Source: Chiloscyllium plagiosum
Taxonomy: Eukaryota
DNA: 64,000 bases
Direction: 5' to 3'
NCBI RefSeq assembly: GCF_004010195.1
Contig: NC_057750.1
Span: 8,914,191-8,978,190 of the forward strand
Part shown: positions 24,762-37,723 of the stretch, one piece after another
Layout of the letters: every line of letters begins with the position of its first letter
Numbering within the stretch: the first letter of the stretch is position 1
Notes under the pieces: generated by a model
The model's input: only the letters and a program-made list of their open reading frames with translations
The model's database searches: none
Told to the model about the DNA's origin: nothing
Program-made: the position numbers and the translations under genes

Positions 24762-25044
24762 AAACCGTGGGAGGGCTCAGTGTCATTATTCAGAAAGCAT
24801 TACAGCAAGAGAGAGAGAAAAAAAAATCAAAGGCGGTTTGAGTAAAGAGGCCTGGGGTTTGGACTCGGAAAGTGGGCTGAGGGATGAGGACAGATGACAA
24901 ATGGCTGTCAAGGAAACAATGAAGATTTAATCAAGGATCCTGATAACTTACAGAGAGAAAAGAAGGAAGAATGAGTGAAAGAAAGAACAAGAACTCACAG
25001 CCATAAAGTTCTTCGGTATGTCTCTCTAAGGCAGAGTGGTGATG

Positions 25045-25710
25045 TTATAGAGTCCTACAGCATGGAAACAGACCCTTCGGTCCAACCAGTCCATACCAAC
25101 CATAATCCCAAACTAAACTGGTGTCATCTCTAACATTTCCTATTTATGTACTTATCCAAATGTTTTTTAAATGTTGTAACTGTACCCACTTCCTCTGGCA
25201 GCTCATTCCACATACGCACCACCCTCTGTGTGAAAAGGTTGCCCCTCAGGACCCTTTTAAATCTCTCCCCTCTCACCTTAAACCTATGCCCTCTCGTTTT
25301 GAACTCCCCCACCTTAGGGGAAAAAAAATCCTTAACTATTCACTTTATCCAGACCCCTCATGATTTTATAAATCTCGACAAGGTCACCCCTCAATCTCCA
25401 AAACTCCAGTGAAAAAGTCCCAGCCTGTCCAGCCTTACCTTATGCATCTTAGAGTCATAGTGGTTTACAGCATGGAAACAGGCCCTTCGGCCCAACCTGC
25501 CCATGCTGCTCAGTTTTCACAATTAATCTAGTCCCACTTGACTGTGTTTGGTCCATGTCCCTTCATATCTATCCCATCCCCATGTACCTCTCCAAATGTT
25601 TCTGAAATCAAACCCTGCCATCATAGTAACATCCTTGTTAACCTATTTTTGCACCCTCTCCAATTTAATATAATCCCGCCAGTATCGAGGGCAGCCAGAA
25701 CTATCTACGG
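25045..25710 (-). mobile_element. Nested CR1 LINE 3' fragments
   Basis: GEFKTRGHRFKVRGERFKRVLRGNLFTQRVVRMWNELPE. Confidence 0.8.
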
Positions 25711-26459
25711 CTCCATGTAAATGCAAGTTGTTGTTGATTCATCATCTTTCTGCTTCCCTTAAGAGCAAATGTGGTCTGGCTAGTGGGTTAGGAGAGCGAA
25801 AGGGAGTGTGGTGTTAAGGCTACATGAGAAAATTGACACAGGGATTAAAAACTCTTCAGCGGGCGAAATCTTTTCGGAGAGACACTCCGTGCAGAATAGC
25901 TTTCTTTCCCAGGTCTCGGCGCAGTGGTCTGACCCTGACAAAGCCACCCAAAGCCTGGGGTCAGCAGCTAAAAGCCTTCAGCTGTTATCAGCTCTGAGGT
26001 CTGGACACTATCAAGGGCGAGTGTGAGGGAAAACAGGTGCCTCCGAGACTGGGGTCTAAGGATCCATTCAAAGAAAAGCCAATTTCACAAGCTAACGAGA
26101 TGCAGTCCAGCTGCTGCTGGCATCACCCAGACCAGATGTTTGAGTGTCAAAAATTGTTCTCCCACTGATGAAGGCAACCAGTCTCAGCGGGGTTCCGTGG
26201 CACTCAGGAGTAAGTGACCATTCAGCCCAATGTCACGGTTATGCTGCTAACCTCCTCGGTAGGATCTTAGATAAATGGAATCTGTCCACGCAGACAACAA
26301 CAATATTTCTGTAGTGCCCTTCATGTACTGCTTAGAGCGGTATTAGGATATGAAATGAACACCAAGCCAAGGGGGTACTATAGAGTCATACAACACAGAA
26401 ACAGACCCTTCAGTCCAACATGTCCATGCCAACGAAACTGCCCGTGATAATCCGTTCAT

Positions 26460-27430
26460 CGAATCCCCGCAGTGTGGAAACAGGCCAATGTGTCCATTGA
26501 GTCCACACTGACCCCTCTGAAGAGCATCCCGCCCAGAACCACCTCTATCCCCATAACCTTGCATGTCCCATGACTAACCCACCAAGCCTGCATGCCGTGG
26601 GGCAAATTTAGCATGGCCAATCCACCCTAACCTGCACATCTGTGGACTGTGGGAGGAAACCGGAGCACCGGGAGGAATTCCATCTGGGAATCCATAGCCC
26701 AGAGGCTGCAGGAAGACACTGGCCTTGTGGTATTATCACTCGATTATTCATCTAGCAACCCTGGTAATGTTCCAGGGACCTGGGTTCAAATCTTGCCATT
26801 GCAGATGGTGGAATTTGAGTTCAATAAAAATCTAGAATTAAGAGTCTAATGATGACCATGAATCCGTTATGGATTGTTGGGAAAAAAAACCCATCTGGGA
26901 CACTCATGTCCATTAGGGAAGGAAATCTGCCCTCCTTACCTGGTCTGGCCTCCATATGACTCCAAATCCACAACAATGTGGTTGACTCTTAACTGCCCTC
27001 TGGGCAATTTGGGATGGGCAATAAATGCTGGCCCAGCCAGTGATGCCCTCATTCTGTGAATGAAGTTTTTAAAAAATCTACAGTTAAGTGAGAAAAGGAG
27101 GTTCCTAACCCTGGTTTCACGGTGGCTCAGTGGTTAGCACTGCTGCCTCACAGCACCAGGAGCCCAGGTTTGATTCCACACTCGGGCACCTGTCTGTGTG
27201 GAGTTTGCATATTCTCCCCGTGTCTGCATGGGTTGCCTCCGGGTGCTCCGGTTTCCTCCCACAGTCCAAAGATACACAGGTTTAGGTGGATTAGCCATGC
27301 TTGATATGGCCAGGCTAGGTCGGTTAGCCATGGGAAATGAAGGGTTATGGTAATTGGGTGGGACGGTCGGTGCAGACTCAATGAACCAGAAAGACTGGCC
27401 TCTTTCTGCACTCTAGAGGGTTCTGTGATC
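26460..27430 (+). mobile_element. SINE cluster: HE1 fragment (minus, 26460-26670), family B SINE (26720-27075), HE1 (27118-27430)
   Basis: Consensus-like matches; mirror image of the 23475-24455 cluster. Confidence 0.8.
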
Positions 27431-27837
27431 CTTAAAGGAGCAGGACAATGAGGTTGAGAGAGGGAGGGACCAGCACAAGTGTAAGATGAATTAGAAATGG
27501 GAGATCCCCCAGAGGCTGGAATGAGAGGAGTGCTAATTTCTTGGGCTGGTTGTGGATCTGGAGGAGGATTCAGAGACAGGGGAGTGGCAAGGCCACAGAG
27601 GAATTGCAAAAGCAAGGACCAACATTGAGGCCTTGCTGCATTGAGAGGTCAGCAGGTTTCTGGTTGAGACACACTTGAAGTTTATTTCTAACCCATTATA
27701 ACTAACCCACTTACCCGACTGAGATAGGAACTGTGCGCTGAAAGATTATTGGGGATGTGCAGTGATGTAGAGTTGAAGTTAAAACGAGACCTTATTGAAT
27801 GGTAGAACAGGCTTCGAAAGGCCAAGTGGCCTACAGT

Positions 27838-28560
27838 TAGTCATAGAGTCATAGAGATGTACAGCACGGAAACAGACCCTTCGGTCCAACTCGTCCATAC
27901 TGACCACATATCCCAACCCAATCTAGTCCTACCTGCCAGCACCCGGTCCATATCCCTCCAAATCTTCCTATTCATGTACCAATCCAGATGCCTTTTAAAT
28001 GTTGCAATTGTACCAGCCTCCACCACTTCCTCTGGCAGCTCATTCCATACACGCACCACCCTCTGTGTGAAAAAGTTGCCCCTCAGGTCTCTTTTATTTC
28101 TTTCCCCTCTCACCCTAAACCTATGCCTCTAGATCTGGATTCCACCATCCCAAGGAAGAGATCCATGCCCCCTTTGATTTTATAAATCTCTCTAAGGTCA
28201 CCTCTCAGCCTCTGATGCTCCAGGGAAAACAGCCCCAGCCTATTCAGCGTCTCCCTATAGCTCAAACCCTCCAACCCTGGCAACATCCTTGCAAATCTTT
28301 TCTAAGCCATTTCAAGTTTCACAACATCCTTCCGATTGGAAGGAGACCAGAATTGTACACAATATTCCAATAGTGGCCTAACCAATGTCCTGGACAGCCG
28401 CAACATGACCTCCCAACTCCTGTACTCAATACTCTGACCAATAAAGGAAAGCATACCAAACGCCTTCTTCACTATCCTATCTACCTGCGACTCCACTTCC
28501 AAGGAGCTATGGACCTGCTCTCCAAGGTCTCCTTGTTCAGCAACACTCCCCAGGACCTTG
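27838..28560 (-). mobile_element. CR1 LINE 3' fragment
   Basis: VDRIVKKAFGMLSFIGQSIEYRSWEVMLRL..TLVRPLLEYCVQFWSP through to the ctctatgact tail. Confidence 0.9.
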
Positions 28561-29483
28561 TTGGTATATCGAAAGGCTGACACAGTCTGAACTCTCCAAT
28601 ATTACTTTATATTACATCCCAAAGACACTCCTCTGATGCCATGAGAGGGAAACAGTGACTGACCATTGTACCAGAATGTCATATGTTGTGACATCATGTT
28701 AAAGGGACAGGCCTGTTAGTCTGGAATTCATCATCTTATACAGAGAGAGAGAGAGAGGAGAAAGATTTTAAAAAGACATGGGGTCAACTTTTTTTCTACA
28801 GAGAGTCATTTGTGTGGAATGAACTTCCAAAGGAAGTGGTAGATATGGATAGAATTACAATGTTGAAAAGACATTTGGATAAGTACATGAATAGGAATTG
28901 GAGGGATATGGGCCAGGAGCAGGCAGCGGGTGGGACTAGTTTAGTTTGGGATTATGGTCAACATGGACTGGTTGGACCCAAGGGTCTGCTTCCATGCAGT
29001 GTGACTACAATATGTTACTATATTTTATTTCATGCGTAAGGGGTGTCCTGAGTTACTTTGCAGGGGTACCTGCTCACCCCACCTCTCAAACCTTGCAGAG
29101 CCCATCAAGGGTTACCATGTTTTTTGGAACAGCCATTGTGAAAAATTACTCAGATTCCAGTAAATCCCGTAATGTGAGTTTATGGAACGCCGTCCCGGAG
29201 AGGGGCAGTTAGTTGCAACATGTTGTAACGGATTTAGACGAATGTGTTTCATTTCAAATTAAACCTTTCTTCCCCTCCAGGCTATTTTGGTAACTGAAGC
29301 CAAACAGTTCTCGTCTCTCAACCACTGCATCGAAAGTTGGAGGAAACATATTCCAGATCAAACTGGGGCACTCCCGCCAACCCAACCCCAACCCACTCTG
29401 TCCCGTCGCTCAGTTATTTCAAACATCAAAACTACCCCCTTCCCATTCAGCCCTAATTCACAGAATCCCATTCATCCCATTTC

Positions 29484-29762
29484 GGGTGGCACAGTGGCAC
29501 AGTGGTTAGCACTGCTGCCTCACAGCACCAGGGTCCCATGTTTGATTCCAGCCTCAGGCGACTGTCTGTGTGGAGTTTGCACATTCTCCCTGTTTCCTCC
29601 CACAGTCCAAAGGTGTGCAGGCCAGGTGAATTGGCCATGCTAAATTGCCCATAGTGTTAGGTGCATGAGTCAGAGGGAAATGGGTCTGGGTGGGTTACTC
29701 TTCGGAGGGTCGGTGTGGACTAGTTGGGCCACTGTTTCCACACTGTAGGAAATCTAAGCTAA
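29484..29762 (+). mobile_element. HE1 V-SINE
   Basis: A/B boxes, V-domain, tail. Confidence 0.85.
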
Positions 29763-29764
29763 TC

Positions 29765-30225
29765 AAGAACTAGGAGCAGGAGTAGGCCATTCAGCCCCTC
29801 CCGAGCCTGCCCCACCATTTAATACCATCATGACTGATCTCATCTCAGTCTCAACTCCACTTTCCTGCCTGCCCCCTTTAATCCCATTCTCAACAAAAAT
29901 CTGTCCCTCTCCTTCAATTTCTTGGCATCCATCACACTCTGTGAGGAGTGAATTCCACAGATTTGTGACCCTTTGAGAGAAGTAATTCCTCCACATCTCG
30001 GTTTAAAATCTGCCCCCTCTTATCCTAAAGCTTGTTCTAGATTGTTCCACATGAGGCAACATCCTCTCTACGTCTATTTTGTCAACCCCCTTTAACGTTT
30101 TATGGACCTCAATTAGATTTCCTCTCGTTCTTTTAAACTCTAGAGAGTACAGGCCTAAACCGCATGATTTCTCTTCAAAAGACAAGCCTTTCATCTCTGG
30201 AATTAATCCAGTGAATGTCTCAATC
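29765..30225 (-). mobile_element. CR1 LINE 3' fragment (older subfamily)
   Basis: FTGLIPEMKGLSFEEK..LGLYSLEFKRTRGNLIEVHKTLKG; RNYFSQRVTNLWNSL. Confidence 0.85.
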
Positions 30226-30324
30226 CTGGTCCAAATCCCAATGGGGTGAGCCTCTTCGCTTCCAATGTATGAAATCTCTGAATCCGGCATTGATGATCTA
30301 GGACTGAGATGAGCAAACTTTTTG

Positions 30325-30640
30325 GGGTGGAATGGTGGCTCAGTGGTTAGCTCCACCGCCTCAAATCGCTAGATACCGGGTTCGATTCCAGCCTCGGGCG
30401 ACTGTCTGTGTAGATTTTGCATGTTCTCCCTGTGTCTGTGTGGGTTGCTCCGGTTTCCTCCCACAGTCCAAAGATGTGCAGGTTAGCGTGGATTGGCTGT
30501 GCTAAATTGCCATTATGTCCAGGCTAACCATGGGAAATGCAGGGTTACAGGGATGGGGCAAGGGTGGTGGGTCTCAATGGGGAGGCACTTTGGAGGGTTG
30601 GTATGGGCTGAATCCACACTGTAGGGATCCTACGATTTCT
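30325..30640 (+). mobile_element. HE1 V-SINE
   Basis: A/B boxes, V-domain. Confidence 0.8.
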
Positions 30641-31159
30641 TCACTAAAGAAATTGCGGAATTCTCAACCACCGAAGGCTTGGCGGACTGGTAGATGAGCG
30701 AGCAATACATTTTTATGTATCAGAGGTATGGGGAGAAAACAGGCTTGAGGCATTGAGATGGAGGATCAACAATGATCTTACTGAGTGGCAAAACAGGCTT
30801 GAAGGGTTGAATGGCCTACTCCAATTCCTAGCCCAATCTGACCTAAAGGATCCTCCACAAAGGCTGTGACTGACCTTCTCTGCTGTCACTCGGGCCACTG
30901 GTTACATTGGCCCACAGAGAGCCTGCATGCACTGAAAGGGCCAAGCAGCTTATGCTGTAATGAATATGCGAGACTGTGCTCAGCGCAACCTGTGTTCTAT
31001 CGATCGCCTCCTGAGATTGTGCTGAGCAGGATGAGCTCTGCGCTGCACTAAGCTGGGAGCAGTTTCTGATGTGGAATAGTTTCTGGTAAATGCACCACAT
31101 TCTTATCTTAACTGTGTCTGCAATCAGCCTGTGTGAGAACATGTATCTGTCTGTCAGTC

Positions 31160-31520
31160 ATTGTGTGGGATGGAGGAGGTGTGGGGTGTGTGTGTGTGTG
31201 TGAGTGTGTGTGTGTCCATGTGTGTTCGTGTGTGGGTATCTGTGTGTGTGAGTGAATGTGTGCATCTGTGTACGAGTGTGTGTGTGTGAGAGAGACAGAG
31301 GATGAATGTGGGTGCGTGTGTCTGTGTGTGTGAGTACGTGTGTGTCTGTGAGTGCGTGTGTGTATGTGTGCTGTGTGAGTGAGTGTGTGTGTCTGTGTGA
31401 GTGAGCATGTGTGTGAGTGCGCGTGTGAGAGAGTGTGTGTGTATGTGTGTCTGTGAGCGAGTGTGTGTGTCTGTGTGAGTGTGTGTGTGTGTGCAAGTGT
31501 GTGTGAGTGAGTGTGTCTGG
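31160..31520. repeat. TG-rich compound microsatellite
   Basis: Direct observation. Confidence 0.9.
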
Positions 31521-32124
31521 GTGGGTGATCTGACATACAGAGCCACTATTTGAAAGCTCCCAGTGACCATCCTGGACAGATCCATATGGTAACAGTCCTT
31601 TGAATAAGTTATTTTCTGATATCCCACTCATGGGATGGAAATGGAAGAGCTTGCATTTGTATGGCGCCTTTCACAACATCCCAAAGCGAGCTACAGCAAA
31701 TGAAGCCCTTTGGAAATGTGGCCACCCTAATAATGGGGGAAATGCAGCAGCCAGTTTATGCACAACAAGCTCCCACAGTGTTATGAAAGCAGACGATAGT
31801 TATGTCAGTGGTATCTGTAATCCTGAGGTCTGGGTTAATGCTGTAGGGACTTGGGTTGAACTAGCATGCTGACAGTTGGTGCAATCCTAATTAAATCATT
31901 ACACGTGCAAGTGAAAGCTAGCCTTAATTATAAACCACTTGTTGTAAAGGCTTATCTGATCCTTCAGGATTGCCTGGTCTGGTCTACATGTGACTCCAGA
32001 CCCACAGTGATGTGCTTGCCTTTGGAAATGATCTCATAGACTTTCAGATTAAGGATAATTAGGGAAGGCTGAGTGTGGCAGTGTGTCCATATCCCAAAGA
32101 AGTAACATGGAAAAATGATCTAGC

Positions 32125-32655
32125 AGTCATAGAGTCATAGAGATGTACAGAAACAGATCCTTCAGTCCATATCCCAATCCAATCTAGTCCCATTTGCTAG
32201 CATTTGGCCCATATCCCTCTAAACCCTTCCTATTCATATACCCATCCAGATGCCTTTTAAATGCTGTAATTGTACCAGCCTCCACCACTTCCTCTGGAAG
32301 CTCATTTCATACACACCACCCTCTGTGTGAAAAAGTTGCCCTCAGGTCCCTTCTAAATCTTTCCCCTCTCACCCTAAACATAAGCCCTGTAGTTTTGGAT
32401 GTCCTCTACACTGAGAAAAATACTTTGCCTATTTACCCTATCCATGCCCCTCACGAATTTATAAACCTCTATAAGGTCACCCCTCAGCCTCCAACACTCC
32501 AGGTAAAACAGCCCCAGCCTGTTCAGCCTCTCCCTGTAGCTCAAATCCTCCAACCCCTGGCAACATCATTGTAAATCTTTCCTGAACCCTTTCAAATTTC
32601 ACAACATCCTTCTTCTGGCAGGGAGACCAGAACTGAATGCAGTATTCCAAAAGTC
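32125..32655 (-). mobile_element. CR1 LINE 3' fragment
   Basis: Same family as 27838-28560. Confidence 0.85.
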
Positions 32656-34944
32656 TGTAGGAGTGATGTTGATTTAGCGAAATGCAATCCAGGGAGTACT
32701 GTGGGATCCTTCATGTCAAGCTGAGAGGGTGGGCTTTTAACTTAACCAAGACAGTTTGATGTCTCATCCAAGAGACACTACTGCATTCCCTCAGTATCTG
32801 CTGTGGAGCGTTGGATAATTATTTGGATTGAAATACTGTGCAAGCATTTGGGAATAAATCAGAGAAACAGATCCTTCGGTCCGGCTCATCCATGCTGACC
32901 AGAAATCCTAACCTAATCTCGTCCCATTTATGAGCATTTGGCCCATGTCACTCTAAACCCTTCCTTTTCATGTACCCATCCAAATGCCTTTTAAATGCTG
33001 TAATTGTACCAGTATGAAATGACAATGCTCATTTCGAGCACCAGCGAATGGGCTGAATGGTCTCCTTCTGTGCCGTAACCATTCTGTGATTCCATGGAGC
33101 ATCCGCTTGTTTTTGATCTGATTTATTGTAGTCACGTGTACCTAAGTGCAGTGAAAATTTTTGTTTTGCAAGCAGTACAGGCAGATAATAACAAACAGGG
33201 ACATACACCTCATAAGGTGCTTAGACAGAATGAGGCAGACTGGTTACAGCTGCACGGGAGGGGTACAAAGCAAGATCAACATTATTATGGAGATCCTATA
33301 ATCATGCTCCTACAATCAAGGAAGAAGAGTAGGCCCTTCAGCCCTTCAAGCCTGCTTTCCCATTCAATAAGGTCATGATTTTAACCTGTGACAATGCTGT
33401 GTCCTGTCTTGTTTTTGAAGAGAGGTTGTAAGGCAGAGGTACACAGCAGTCTACCAAAACCATGAGAGTAAACAGCTTGTGAGGCCTTGGGTTTTGTTTT
33501 GAAGTTGCAATAATAGAAGCAGCCTCGACGGGTGTGGCCAGCTCTCGCAGACCAGGTGTTCCAGTTTGTTTTAGTTTACAGGTTTACCTTTAAGCTGTCA
33601 CTGTTGTGGGCTTCAGAAATAGAAACTTTCTTTTCTCTCTTGGTTACAGCTGGAAGCTGGGGTTTCTCTCTGCTGTTACCTGTGAGAAAAATCTGTTTTC
33701 TGAATTTGCCTTTTTGCCAAGAGTTATTTTTATGGGATGTTATTACATTGGATCAGTTAATTAGTAATAGGTACTATATCTATTCATCTCTTAGAGTCAT
33801 AGAGATGTACAGCATGGAAACAGAGCCTTCGGTCCAACCTGTCCATGCCGACCAGATATCCCAAACCAATCTAGTACCACCTGCCAGCACCCAGCCCATA
33901 TCCCTCTAAACCCTTCCTATCCAAATGCCTCTCACATGTTGCAGTTGTACTAGCCTCCAGAACTTCCTCTGGCAGCTCATTCCATACATGTACCACCCTC
34001 TGTGTGAAAAAGTTACCCCTTAGGTCTCTTTTATATCTTTCCCCTCTCACCCTAAACCTATGCCCTCTAGTTCTGGACTTCCCAACCCCAGGGAAAAGAC
34101 TTTGTCTATTTATCCTATCCATTGTTATAGATCAGATCAGACCCCCTCAAAATATCTTAAGAAGGTAACCTAGACCCTGACGTTTTCTTATTTTAAACCC
34201 AGTTATTAAATGTCTGTTCCCGATGCAATTTGACGTTAAGCAAAATACAATTTATTTAAACACTGTTGTTAAAATACAACCACAGAAAGAGAAATTTAGA
34301 ATTTGTTAGACTCTGTTAGAAAACTTAATCGAATAATAGATACAGTACTATTACTAATTAACTGTTCCAATATAGTAACAGCTCATAAACACACCCCTTG
34401 GCAATAAAGGTAAATTCGGATACAGATTCTCACATGCAGTTCTCCAAGCCGGGAGGAAAAAAATAATCAAGAGAAAATTTAAAGAGAGTAGCAGCCAGGA
34501 GACATTCACTGAAGCTTCCAATTCTTTTGAGACTCCAATATCTTCTGATGTTACTGAAAAAAAAACGAACTCAGAAATCTGGATCTATGAGAGTTGGCCA
34601 CACCCCATTCAGGCTGTTCGAAAAAAACCGTGTCCTCCCAAGCTGTTCAGATTAGATTCCCTACGGTGTGGAAACAGGCCCTTCGGCCCAACCAGTGCAC
34701 ACTGACCCTCCAAAGAACAACCTGCCCAGACCCATTTCTCTCTGACTAGTGCATCTAACACTCTGGGCAATTTAGCATGGCCAATTCATCTGGCCTGCAC
34801 ACCTTTGGACTGTGGGAGGAAACCGGAGCACACCCACACAGAAAGAATGTGCAAACTCTATACAGACAGGTGCCCAAGGCTGGAATCGGTCCTGGAACCC
34901 TGGTGCTGTGAGGCAGCAGTGCAAACCACTGAGCTACCGTTACT

Positions 34945-35580
34945 CAAGTCCTTTATTGGTCAGAGTATTGAGTACAGGAGTTGGGGGGGTCATGTTGCTG
35001 TTATACAGGACATTGATCAGACACGTTTGGAATATTGCGTGCAATTCTGGTCTCCTTCCTATTGGAAGGATGTTGTGAAACTTGAAAGGGTTCGGAAAAG
35101 ATTTACAAGGATGTTGCCAGGGTTGGAGGATTTGAGCTTAGGGAGAGGCTGAATAGGCTGGGGCTGTTTTCCCTGGAGCGTTGGAGGCTGAGGGGTGACC
35201 TATAGAGGTATATAAAATCATGAGGGACATGCATAGGATAAATAGACAATGTCTTTTCCCTGGGGTGGGGAAGTCCAGAACTAGAGGGCATAGATTCAGG
35301 GTGAGAGGGGAAAGATATAAAAGAGACCTAAGGGGCAATGTTTTCACACAGAGGGTGATGCGTGTGTGGAATGAGCTGCCAGAGGAAGTGGTGGAGGTTG
35401 GGACAATTGCAACATTTAAAAGGCATCTGGATGGGTATATGAATAGGAAGGGTTTGGAGGAAAATGGACCGGGTGCTGGCAGGTGGGCCTAGATTGGGTT
35501 GGGATATCTGGTTGGAATAGATGAGGTGGACCGAAGGGTCTGTTTCTGTGCTGTACATCTCTATGACACTCTGACTCTAA
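34945..35580 (+). mobile_element. CR1 LINE 3' fragment
   Basis: LEYCVQFWSPSYWKDVVKLERVRKRFTRMLPGLE through to the 3' tail. Confidence 0.9.
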
Positions 35581-35593
35581 GTCATCTTCAGTA

Positions 35594-35751
35594 CAGGGGA
35601 TCCTCAATTATCTGAAGGACCGGGCGGGGAGTATTTCATTCAGTTAATCCAATGCCGGATAACATAGTTTATCCAAGCATTGGAACGTTGTGATCTTGCT
35701 GGAAAATCCGATATTCGGATCATCGAATGCTGAATAATCAAGGTTCCTCTG
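35594..35751. mobile_element. Tc1/mariner (Tigger/pogo-like) MITE
   Basis: TA at 35592-35593 and 35752-35753; imperfect TIRs caggggatcctcaattat and cagaggaaccttgattat (reverse complement of right end). Confidence 0.7.
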
Positions 35752-36619
35752 TAGCTAGTTCGACACCTCTGCCGCTAGTTCGACACCTCTGCCTTACAGT
35801 CTTTGTTCAAAAAAAGGACCAGGGCAAAGTAACCTCTTAAAGTGACAGCATCGTCACACAACTGAGTTTTCCAATAGAGTTGTTATTCTAAATTCCCTTC
35901 TCTTTGGTTGTATTTCAACTATAGTGTTTAAATAAATTGTCTTTTGCTTAACATTGATCAGTCTCATTGCATCAGGAACAGGCATCTGTATTAAACCTGC
36001 CTTAAAAATAAGGAAACGTTAGGCTCTAGGCTACCCTCTTATAATAGTTTGAGAGGGCCTCTCCTGGTCCATTACAAACCTCAACCTTACCACTCCTGCA
36101 CATCCCAGAGTAATCCCAAAGTAATGTTTGGGTAATCCAGAATTGATGGCCCTCTGCTGTAAAAAATATTTAAAGATTCTGTATCTACTGCCTTCTGAGA
36201 AAGGGACTCTCTCAGTGAAAATGTCTCACAAGCGGGACTTGAACTCCTGACCCCCGATTCACAAGGAAGAATTACCCATTAGCCCACAGGTGACATGCTG
36301 TTGTAAAATTCCGTTGAAACTTCAGAACATTATAATCAGTATCAAAATCACAGCATTCGAAGAATCTTGAGATTCACAGCTTAGTAATAGCCCTCTGTCA
36401 AGCCCACCTGAGGAGATTCATTCTGCCTTGAGCAACTTTAAACCAATCAAAGTAGATTTATCCCTGAATCCTAACTCACCTGTAATTGTGTGTAATAAAC
36501 TTTTAAAAGCTCCATAAATCAGATCAAAGCCTCCTTATGCATGCTTGGATAGTTGTTTTAAAATGGTCACAAAGCTTATTTGGTCCAATTTTATTTGTTC
36601 ACAGGATAGCATATCACAG

Positions 36620-37050
36620 AGTCCCTATAAAATGGAAGCAGGCCATTCAGCCCATTGAGTCCACACCGACCCTCCCACTCAGACCAACCTCATCCCAGTA
36701 ACCCTGCATTTCCCATGGCCAATTCACCTAACCTCAACATCTTTAGACTGTGGGAGGAAACTGGCACACCTGTAGGAAACCCATACAGACACGGGGAGAA
36801 CATGCAAACACTACACAGTTGCCTGAGGGTGGGATCGAACCTGGGTCCCCAGTCCTGTGAGGCAGCAGGGATAACCACTGAGCCACCGTGTGAACATCAT
36901 TGGCTCGTCAAACATTTATTGCCCAGCCCTAAACATCCAGAGGGCAATTAAGAATCGACCACATTGCTGTGGCTCTGGTGTCATGTGTAGGCCAGACCAG
37001 GTAAGGATGGCAGATTTCCTTCCCTGAAGGACATTAGTGATCTATATGGG
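36620..37050 (-). mobile_element. HE1 V-SINE (36620-36890) followed by a family B SINE fragment
   Basis: Consensus-like matches. Confidence 0.8.
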
Positions 37051-37723
37051 TATTAACGGTGGTTAATGATCACCAGAAAGCCAGTTCACTATTATACATA
37101 TTTTGCAATTTAAATTTTAATTCACTCTTTCAAAAGCTTCCAAAACTTGCTGCTGCTTAAATGTCAGTTCTTCTGAAAGGATTCCCTGAAACATTTGTTT
37201 ATTGATTTCCCCCCACCCCCCCAAAGATGGGGAAGGTGCTGTAACAGGATTGTGTGTCAGGTGTGGCTCACATTCTGACCACTAACTTTCAGCCTGCTGT
37301 AAGGTGTTAAAACACAGCTATCCAGATACCCCGCAGTGACTTAGCAAACTGACCACTCACTGAGGAGCTCACCTAGTATGAAAGTGAATGTCCCAGAGCA
37401 CCCTGGGGCTGACCTCTCTATATAGAGAGAGAGAGACAGGGAAAGAGAGAGAGAGAGAGAGAGAGTGACGACTGGTGGGTGTTTAACCTGAGGATCACTG
37501 TGCCTCAGGTGAGGGGAGAGGTTCCTTCATAGTAACCTCAGTCAGTGCGGGAATCAAACCCACTCTATATTCGCAGACCGGCCACCTGCATTTCTCCAGG
37601 CTGTAGTTCATGAAGTGAAGAAATAGACCATTCGGCCCAACCAGTCCATACTGGTGAATATGCTCCATTTGAGTTTCCTCTCATCTTTCCTCATCCTATG
37701 GAAGTTACTCTGGTAGTTATGTT

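Larger units (their letters stand above)
34123..35858 (-). mobile_element. Second solo LTR of the same family in opposite orientation, containing HE1 (34628-34938), CR1 (34945-35580) and a MITE
   Basis: Reverse complement starts tgtgacgatgctgt and ends ctgatctataaca; collinear similarity to the outer LTR. Confidence 0.75.
33387..36076 (+). mobile_element. Solo LTR (TG...CA, 4-bp TSD aacc; probably Gypsy class) expanded by nested insertions
   Basis: Starts tgtgacaatgctgt and ends ctggtccattaca; aacc at 33383-33386 and 36077-36080; aataaa near 35931. Confidence 0.75.

Noticed and set aside
31108..31631. His/Thr-rich ORFs
   Set aside because: Translation of a TG microsatellite.
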